Shown: positions 34,844 to 41,272 of the stretch, piece after piece
How the letters are laid out: every line of letters begins with the position of its first letter
Position numbering within the stretch: the stretch's first letter is position 1
Assembly: GCA_964412775.1 (NCBI GenBank)
Contig: CAYPPX010000004.1
Coordinates: forward strand, 1 to 41,272
Reading direction: 5' to 3'
Source: an uncultured Pseudomonadales bacterium
GTDB taxonomy: Bacteria; Patescibacteriota; Microgenomatia; UBA1400; PJMF01
DNA: 41,272 bases
Notes under the pieces: model-generated
Database searches by the model: none
Told to the model about the DNA's origin: nothing
What the model saw: only the letters and a program-made list of their open reading frames with translations
Translations under genes and position numbers: made by a program

Positions 34844-36076
34844 TTAGAGCTGTGATAGTCTCATCAAGACTGTGTCATAATCTAACAGCTCAGCATCCTT
34901 TTCTTTTCTATTCTTCCACTCAATTTTATCATTATTTCTAGTAGAAAGAACCAAGCGCACCGGGATACCCATTAGATCTGCGGCTGCAAATTTATTACCA
35001 GGTGATTCATCTCGGTCATCCCAGATGACTTCGACTTTATGTTCTCTGAGATCATTGTAAAGTTGTTGAGCTCTATTTTCAGCACCTTTTAGAGAACTAA
35101 TAATCACTTCATAAGGAGCGATTGACAGGGGCCAAATAATGCCTTTTTCGTCTGAAGACTTTTCAACAATCACTCCCATGGTTCTAGTGGTGCCCCAACC
35201 ATAACAGCCCATGATTGGATACTTATTTTTACCTTCAGCATCGTTATAAGTAAGATTAAAGTCTTTGGTATATTTTTGACCAAGATCAAAAACATTCCCA
35301 ACTTCAGAAGCTCTGGCCGCTTCAAGTTTAGCTCCATGACATTTTGGACATTCATCACCTTCTTTTTGTTTGGCAATTTCACTGTTAACGCAAAATTCAC
35401 ATTTTGGACAGTAAAAAATATCGTCTTCACCGGCATCAGTTAAGACCATGAACTCATAAGAAATTTTTTGAGTGAAGTTACCACCAGAAGCTTCGGTGAC
35501 TTTGGCAACTAGGTCAACATTACGATAAGCTTTAATGTAAGCATCTTTGACTTGTTGATAAAACCGATCAAAGTCCTCTTGAGTTTCATGAAAACTATAC
35601 ATGTCTTTCATCTCAAATTCTCGACCACGCAAGATCCCAGATTTAGCTCTGAGTTCATCTCTAAATTTCCAGTGAATTTGATATAAAGCCAGAGGTAGAT
35701 CTTTGTAGCTATTGATCATATCTTTGGCTAGTGGAGTGACGATCTCTTCGTGGCTTTGGCCGAGAGCATATTCCTTGCCAGTGCGACTGTTGAGGTGAAA
35801 TAAAACATCAATGTTATCCCAACCACCAGTGGTGACCCAGTTTTGTTTGGGGTGTAACGATGGCATCAAGATTTCTTGGCCACCGATTGCATCCATTTCT
35901 TTACGAATAATATTGCGGATTTTATTTAAAACTTTCAGACCCATTGGGGTATAGGTATAAACACCAGCCATGAGTTGGCGAACAAAACCAGCTTGAACTA
36001 ATAGTTTATGGTTGACTGTATCAGCATTTGCTGGCGGATTTTTGAGTGGCTTAAAAGCCATTTGAGACATTTTCAT
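34844..36076 (-). CDS. proS: Proline--tRNA ligase, short form without the INS editing domain
   Basis: Class II motif 2 region FRDELRAKSGILRGREFEMKDMYSF. 410 aa. CPKC-x17-CPKC ribbon at the INS position. Confidence 0.9.
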   Translation of the reverse strand: MKMSQMAFKPLKNPPANADTVNHKLLVQAGFVRQLMAGVYTYTPMGLKVLNKIRNIIRKEMDAIGGQEILMPSLHPKQNWVTTGGWDNIDVLFHLNSRTGKEYALGQSHEEIVTPLAKDMINSYKDLPLALYQIHWKFRDELRAKSGILRGREFEMKDMYSFHETQEDFDRFYQQVKDAYIKAYRNVDLVAKVTEASGGNFTQKISYEFMVLTDAGEDDIFYCPKCEFCVNSEIAKQKEGDECPKCHGAKLEAARASEVGNVFDLGQKYTKDFNLTYNDAEGKNKYPIMGCYGWGTTRTMGVIVEKSSDEKGIIWPLSIAPYEVIISSLKGAENRAQQLYNDLREHKVEVIWDDRDESPGNKFAAADLMGIPVRLVLSTRNNDKIEWKNRKEKDAELLDYDTVLMRLSQL

Positions 36077-36104
36077 ATAGCTTATTGTATACGAAACCAG
36101 GCTT

Positions 36105-37931
36105 TTATCCAGCCAATTTTTTGTTGTCTTCCATGCTTCTTAGTCTTAAGTTTTCTGGAGTGACTTCTAAAACTTCATTTTCACCAATTAAAGTTAAAAA
36201 TTGTTCTAGAGATGGTTTCCAGGCTGGAGCTAAGACGACTGTAGCATCAGCACTCGAAGCACGCATGTTAGTGAGTTTCTTGCCTTTGACTACATTCATG
36301 GCCATGTTTTCTGAGCGTTTGTTAAAGCCAACTACCTGACCAGCATAAACTTTTTCACCTGGATCAACGAGCATTTTGCCACGATCTTGAGCTTTATCCA
36401 AAGCGTAAGCTGTAACAGTACCTGTCTCAAAAGCAATCATTGCTCCACCACGATGGACCACTGTTCTTTCTGATAAAGGTCGATATTCCAAGAAAGTATT
36501 ATGCATGACACCACTACCAGATGTATTGGTGAGTAACTCACTGCGATAACCAATTAAGTTAGCAGTTGAGATTTCATATTCAAACCTGACGCCGGTTTTA
36601 GTTTGATGCATGTTTTTGAGCTGACCACGACGTTGAGCCATATTAGCGGTGATGGTGCCGGTGTATTCTTCGGTAACATCAATGGTGACATATTCCCAAG
36701 GCTCCATGGTACGACCCTCGATTTCTCGTAGAACTACTTGAGGTCTAGATAAAGCAAATTCATAACCTTCACGGCGCATAGTTTCGATTAAAATCGCTAA
36801 ATGGAGTTCACCACGACCAACAATGATGACATTTTCACCACTTGTCCCTGGTAACATTCTCAGACCAACATTGGTTTCAAGCTCTTTTTTCAATCTAGCC
36901 TGAAGTTGTCTGGAAGTAGAAAACTCAGCTTCTTGACCAGCAAAAGGTGAAGTATTGACCATTAACTGCATTTTGACGGTTGGTTCGGTAATGGTAATTT
37001 GTGGTAAGGCTTCAGGATTATGAGTATCGGCAATAGTGTCACCAATACCTGGATCTGGCATACCAGCAATAGCGATAATTTCTCCAGCGCTTGCTTCTTC
37101 AACTTCTTTTCTTTGGAGACCAAAGTGGTTAAACAGATAAACGACTGAAGCAGCTTCTACTTTGCCACTAGTTCTCAATAATTTAACTGGTTGGTTGCGT
37201 TTGACAGTGCCACGAAAGATGCGACCAATGGCAATTCTGCCTTTGTGTTGATCCCAATCCAAGGAATTAACTTGGATTTGAAGTGGACCAGTAGCGTCAT
37301 CTTGTGGAGCTGGGATTTTTTCAGCAATGGTAGTAAAAAGCGGATCCAGATTTTTACTATCGGTAATACTCAGTGAGTAATCACTGTTTTCGGTCACTGT
37401 TTTACCAACAATCCCTTCAATACCACGACCATAAAGCAATGGGTAATTGAGTTGGGAGTCTTTGGTTGCTAACTCTAAAAATAAATCTTCAATTTCTTTT
37501 TCAACTTCATAGATGCGTTGATCTTTACGATCAACTTTATTGATTAAAACGATAGGGGCCAAACCAAGTTCTAAAGCCAATCTCAAAACAAATCTGGTTT
37601 GTGACAGTACGCCTTCCGCAGCATCAACCAATAAAATACAGCCATCAGCCATGTTTAAAACACGTTCTACTTCGCCAGAAAAATCAGCGTGACCTGGAGT
37701 ATCAAGAATATTAATTTTATAATCTTGCCAGAAAACAGCAGTATTTTTAGCTAAGATGGTGACCCCTTTTTCTCTTTCTAAATCATTAGAGTCAAGGATA
37801 GTGGTGGCTTGATTTTCTTTTTGATGCTCAGCAAAAGTTTTGGTTTGTTTGAGCATGGCATCCACTAAGGTAGTTTTACCGTGGTCCACGTGAGCGATAA
37901 TCGCGATATTGCGTAATTTATTTTGTTGCAT
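36105..37931 (-). CDS. typA: Translational GTPase TypA/BipA
   Basis: NIAIIAHVDHGKTTLVD, DTPGHADF and NKVD G-motifs; 608 aa. Confidence 0.96.
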   Translation of the reverse strand: MQQNKLRNIAIIAHVDHGKTTLVDAMLKQTKTFAEHQKENQATTILDSNDLEREKGVTILAKNTAVFWQDYKINILDTPGHADFSGEVERVLNMADGCILLVDAAEGVLSQTRFVLRLALELGLAPIVLINKVDRKDQRIYEVEKEIEDLFLELATKDSQLNYPLLYGRGIEGIVGKTVTENSDYSLSITDSKNLDPLFTTIAEKIPAPQDDATGPLQIQVNSLDWDQHKGRIAIGRIFRGTVKRNQPVKLLRTSGKVEAASVVYLFNHFGLQRKEVEEASAGEIIAIAGMPDPGIGDTIADTHNPEALPQITITEPTVKMQLMVNTSPFAGQEAEFSTSRQLQARLKKELETNVGLRMLPGTSGENVIIVGRGELHLAILIETMRREGYEFALSRPQVVLREIEGRTMEPWEYVTIDVTEEYTGTITANMAQRRGQLKNMHQTKTGVRFEYEISTANLIGYRSELLTNTSGSGVMHNTFLEYRPLSERTVVHRGGAMIAFETGTVTAYALDKAQDRGKMLVDPGEKVYAGQVVGFNKRSENMAMNVVKGKKLTNMRASSADATVVLAPAWKPSLEQFLTLIGENEVLEVTPENLRLRSMEDNKKLAG

Positions 37932-37970
37932 ACTTTTCCTATTCTTTAAGAGAAAAGAGTGATTATAAGC

Positions 37971-38861
37971 TTATCCTTGTAAATTATCTACCAGGATTTT
38001 AGAAATGTCGATGACAGTGATTTTGGAGTATTGTTCCGGCCGTTCAATGGAGTTAGTAATAGTAACGCTATCAACTTGAGAATTTTCTAGTATTTCTAAA
38101 GCGTTGCCAGTAAAAACACCATGGGTAGCTAAAAAGTGAATCTCTTTAGCCCCTTGGTCTTTGAGGAGTTTAGCAACTTCGACGACAGTTTGGCCAGAAA
38201 GGATGGCGTCATCAAAAATAAAAACGGTTTTACCAGTGACATCACCATCAAGTTTATTGGTGGTAACTTGGCCGGTTTTGAGATCACGCTTTTTATCAAC
38301 ACTAGCTAAGTCTAGATGTAGCTCATTGGCAAATTGTCTAGCTCTTTTGAGTCCACCAAAGTCTGGACTGACCACAATAGCCTCATTGAGATTAAAGTGT
38401 TCACTGATATGTTTGACAAATTCACTCATGGCAGAAATATGATAAGTTGGGATAGAAAAGAAACCTGGAATACTAATGTTATGTAGGTCCAAAAGGTAAA
38501 CTTTTTTGATACAAGTACTTTCAATAATCTTAGCAATCACTTTGGCCGAGAGTGGTTCACCAGGTAAAAAAACTTTGTCTTGAAAAGAATAACCAAACCA
38601 AGGGATAAATAAGCTAACTTCTTTGGCACCCAGTCTTTCCAAAGCATCAGCAATTAGTGTGGTTTCAATAATTCGTTCATCAACTGGTTGATAAAAAGAT
38701 TGGACAAGCAAGATTTCTTCATTTTTTACCTCATTAGCAACTTTAATTCTTTTTTCACCGTTGGCAAAAGTATCAATGTCACAGTTGACTAAAGGAACAT
38801 TAAGCTGAAGAGCAATATTGGTAGCCAGTTGTGAACTGGCAGAACCAGCAACAATTTTCAT
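37971..38861 (-). CDS. prs: Ribose-phosphate pyrophosphokinase
   Basis: DLHNISIPGFF, VSPDFGGLKRAR and IFDDAILSGQT (PRPP-binding loop). Confidence 0.92.
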   Translation of the reverse strand: MKIVAGSASSQLATNIALQLNVPLVNCDIDTFANGEKRIKVANEVKNEEILLVQSFYQPVDERIIETTLIADALERLGAKEVSLFIPWFGYSFQDKVFLPGEPLSAKVIAKIIESTCIKKVYLLDLHNISIPGFFSIPTYHISAMSEFVKHISEHFNLNEAIVVSPDFGGLKRARQFANELHLDLASVDKKRDLKTGQVTTNKLDGDVTGKTVFIFDDAILSGQTVVEVAKLLKDQGAKEIHFLATHGVFTGNALEILENSQVDSVTITNSIERPEQYSKITVIDISKILVDNLQG

Positions 38862-38881
38862 GTTTATATTCTACAACTTAA

Positions 38882-39943
38882 TTAGTTTTTTTGTTTACCT
38901 TGATTAGTTTGATAAAGTTCAGCGTTATTTAAGATTAACGCAATGGTACTAGCCATTCTAGCCATTTCATGAGTTTCTTCTTTTGAAAGTTTAAAAATAG
39001 GATCATGAGTTTCTCCTCTGATGATTGATTTTAAGTGATGGTCAACTTTATGACCACGTAGCAGTTGGCCAATTTTTAATTTTAGCTCTCTAGATAATGG
39101 CAAAGTTGGGAGGATACTAGCGTCTTCCTTTTCAATTTCTTCTTGGCGATATTCGTTGTGTAAGTCTTTTAATCTTTTTCTAAAGACTCGCTTAAACATA
39201 ATATCGGCAATAGTCATGAAGTTAGAGGCTCGTTCTTTTAGGAAAATTTCTTCAAGACCAGGATAGATTTCATCAATTACTTGTTTGATATTTTTATCTT
39301 CTTCTTCAAAGCCATTTTTGCCATGGTTTTTAAATAATCTAAAATGATATTTAGCAGCAATGATCTTGATAATTTGAGTTTTATTAATACCTAAAACTCT
39401 CAAGAGTAAGTTTTCCCATTTTTGGTATTCCAAGGCATTTTCAGCATCAGTAGTTTCCAAGTGGAATGGGTTATAAAAAATATCAGAAATTTCAGCAAAG
39501 GCCATATCAGCAGTCACATTGTTTTCGCCATCAAGATAAAAACCCACCGTTGCTCTAACTTCGTCTTCTTCAGCTGGTTTATAGTTAGCTAATTGGAGTT
39601 TTTCCATGGCTTCAGCTTCAGCTGCTCGGCCATCTGATTTTTTAGTTCTAACTCCTGCTCCAGTGAAGTCTTTTGCTAGGCGCATGTTACTGTTAACGCC
39701 ATCACCAATCGTAAAAATAAGTTTGGTTTCTGGTCTAACAGCAAACCCATCTCCTGTGGGACTATCTGGATTTGGACGATAAACTCGAGACTCTTGGCGA
39801 TAAGTAACTTGAGTCGCATAATAAATGGCTACTTCTTCATTTTCTAAAACTTTGGATAACTCATCAAAGGCCAAACTAGCAAAATATTCTAAATCGTTTT
39901 TGCCTTTTTCCCAGATAATTGGTTGTGACTCAGTTTCCTGCAT
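38882..39943 (-). CDS. Hypothetical protein (353 aa), no recognisable motif
   Basis: Long uninterrupted ORF in the operon orientation with prs, with typical local codon usage. Confidence 0.7.
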   Translation of the reverse strand: MQETESQPIIWEKGKNDLEYFASLAFDELSKVLENEEVAIYYATQVTYRQESRVYRPNPDSPTGDGFAVRPETKLIFTIGDGVNSNMRLAKDFTGAGVRTKKSDGRAAEAEAMEKLQLANYKPAEEDEVRATVGFYLDGENNVTADMAFAEISDIFYNPFHLETTDAENALEYQKWENLLLRVLGINKTQIIKIIAAKYHFRLFKNHGKNGFEEEDKNIKQVIDEIYPGLEEIFLKERASNFMTIADIMFKRVFRKRLKDLHNEYRQEEIEKEDASILPTLPLSRELKLKIGQLLRGHKVDHHLKSIIRGETHDPIFKLSKEETHEMARMASTIALILNNAELYQTNQGKQKN

Positions 39944-40004
39944 TACAAAAAAACAATTATACCAGGATAAACTTAAATTTATTTTATTAGTTTATTTTCA
40001 AAAA

Positions 40005-40481
40005 TTAAAGATTTTTTTGATTAAATTTATTCATTAATAACTGAATTGCTGTGGAAGTTATAAAAACTCCTAGCGTACCCATCGTGACATCACCCCAAAA
40101 CTGATTATTATTTGAAAAACCTTCGACCAGGGCATTAAGAGTAATAATTGAAGCTAGAGATATTTGATAGCCTCTTTTAATCATTGTTTTGGCTATGTCT
40201 GATTTGAAAACTAAATCAGAAAAGTTTCTAGCAATGGCTGCTACAGTGGTCAAGGCAGCAGAAAAGCCATAATTACCAATATAATCTGCCAAAAAACCAA
40301 TAAATTTTTCTAAAGCTTGTCTTCTTTCCAAGTCTGCCAACCCACCATGAGGATGAGAGTAGAAATCAAGTACTGAAAGAGTTACTGTGAGTAAAATTAG
40401 GGGAACAGTTAGGTCTAGTTGTTTTTTTTCTTGATTTTTAGTTGGTGCTTTTTCTTTCACTTGAGGTTGAATTATAACCAT
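40005..40481 (-). CDS. Hypothetical membrane protein (158 aa)
   Basis: ORF with several hydrophobic segments (LTVPLILLTVTLSVL, GTLGVFITSTAIQLL). Confidence 0.6.
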   Translation of the reverse strand: MVIIQPQVKEKAPTKNQEKKQLDLTVPLILLTVTLSVLDFYSHPHGGLADLERRQALEKFIGFLADYIGNYGFSAALTTVAAIARNFSDLVFKSDIAKTMIKRGYQISLASIITLNALVEGFSNNNQFWGDVTMGTLGVFITSTAIQLLMNKFNQKNL

Positions 40482-40583
40482 AAATTTTGGAAAAGCATTT
40501 GGGTTTTTAAACCAAGTAGTTTCTTAGTAAGTCTTGATTCTGTTATAGTTATTGTTAGCAAAGATAAAGAAGAAAGGATTTTT

Positions 40584-41102
40584 ATGTCTACCCTACCTAG
40601 AGTTCACGTAGTTAACGATGAAGAAGCCAAAGGCGAAGTTAAAGCTTTATTTGAAAAAATGATCGAGCAAAAGGGAGGTGTTCCCAAGTGGATGCGAGTA
40701 ATGGCCAATTGTGGAGATATCTTGATGGGTTTTTTTGCTTTATTTAGAGCTACTATGGATGATTCTCCACTAAAATCAGAGTTGAAGTGGCGTTTGGCTT
40801 ATCATATTTCTGAGCTGAATAAATGTGAGTTTTGTGTCAGTGTTTCAGAAATGCAGTTGGAAGCTTTTGGGATGACTAAAACAGATATGCAACAAATTAG
40901 AGCTAATGCCACCGGTAGAGAGGCATTAGCTTTGGATTTTGCTGAGGCAGTTAATAACCATGCTTACAAGATTGATCCAGAGTTAATGGCTCGGGTAAAA
41001 GAGGCCTTTACTGATGAAGAGTTAGTCGAGTTGACCAGTGTAGTTGGTTTGTTTAATTTTGTGAACAGATTTAACGATGCTTTGGGTGTTTTACCAGATT
41101 AG
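40584..41102 (+). CDS. Carboxymuconolactone decarboxylase / AhpD-like family protein
   Basis: MSTLPRVHVV... with the ELNKCEFCVSVS Cxx C motif typical of the AhpD/CMD fold. Start set at ATG 40584 (SD agaaagga). The track's N-terminal extension overlaps the divergent gene. Confidence 0.75.
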   Translation: MSTLPRVHVVNDEEAKGEVKALFEKMIEQKGGVPKWMRVMANCGDILMGFFALFRATMDDSPLKSELKWRLAYHISELNKCEFCVSVSEMQLEAFGMTKTDMQQIRANATGREALALDFAEAVNNHAYKIDPELMARVKEAFTDEELVELTSVVGLFNFVNRFNDALGVLPD

Positions 41103-41155
41103 AATAATAAAGAAATTAGTTAAGTAACACTAGCATTTTTTATAAAAAAGATTAC

Positions 41156-41190
41156 AAAAACCAGCCATAAAGGCTGGTTTTTGGTGTTTT
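41156..41190 (+). terminator. Intrinsic terminator
   Basis: aaaaa-ccagcc-ataaa-ggctgg-tttttggtgttttt. Confidence 0.8.
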
Positions 41191-41217
41191 TGTATTTTAG
41201 GATGTTGCCATCCCTTG

Positions 41218-41272
41218 GTGAGCTCACTGTCTCACAGGTGGAACCCTTATTCGACAGTGTTATAAGGACGTA
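41218..41272. repeat. Right arm of the perfect 55-bp terminal inverted repeat (partner 1..55)
   Basis: Exact reverse complement of nt 1-55. Confidence 0.95.

Noticed and set aside
34003-40037. Shadow ORFs 34003..34221, 35170..35436, 36085..36339, 37191..37376, 38161..38442 and 39825..40037
   Set aside because: They are alternative-frame or antisense ORFs within the DHH-like gene, proS, typA, prs and the 353-aa gene.
40419-40583. 55-codon N-terminal extension of the AhpD/CMD-like ORF
   Set aside because: It overlaps the divergent 40005..40481 gene and translates to Phe-rich nonsense. ATG 40584 has an SD and starts the conserved domain.

Overview
This is a 41.3-kb AT-rich bacterial chromosomal segment packed with housekeeping genes in tight, often overlapping operons. 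Plus strand, 392..18325: a LytR_C-domain membrane protein, F1Fo ATP synthase (atpB-E-F-H-A-G-D-C), greA, class I lysyl-tRNA synthetase, an HD-domain protein, serS, a metallophosphoesterase, secA, a membrane-anchored hypothetical, mutM and a NUDIX hydrolase. Minus strand, 18378..29490: ldh, a split transketolase, dnaE, gatC-(small membrane ORF)-gatA-gatB, htpX and lemA. After a 1.27-kb ORF-poor gap come NUDIX, a histidine phosphatase, a coiled-coil protein, rpsU, HIT, a DHH-like phosphoesterase, a DUF4258-like protein, proS, typA, prs, two unknowns and an AhpD/CMD-like protein. TGA is used as a stop, so the standard code applies. Class I LysRS, split transketolase, GatCAB and the compact layout suggest a small-genome Patescibacteria/CPR (Saccharibacteria-like) organism; this is inference only. 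The most unusual locus is the gap at 29491..30761, where every signal is plus-strand inside a minus-strand block. It holds tRNA-Asp(GUC); an exact 18-bp duplicate of the tRNA 3' end 192 bp downstream, this copy followed by CCA; a 50-nt near-perfect palindrome; and a terminator-bounded ~150-nt RNA candidate. It also holds two tandem cassettes. Each has a related consensus TTGACA-17-TATAAT promoter, a long hairpin-rich leader, the perfect SD AAGGAGGTGA, a ~40-codon Cys/His-rich micro-ORF missed by the 60-aa ORF track, and an intrinsic terminator. The second micro-ORF is conspicuously GC-rich. No integrase, transposase, CRISPR array or rRNA was seen. The window ends are a perfect 55-bp inverted repeat, which may be an assembly-graph (k=55) signature or a real flanking inverted repeat. 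Other oddities are a delta/OSCP subunit reduced to its C-terminal third, an acidic ~60-aa insertion in Fo subunit a, a 2-TM ORF translationally coupled inside gatCAB, and a ProRS whose editing insertion is replaced by a 4-Cys ribbon.
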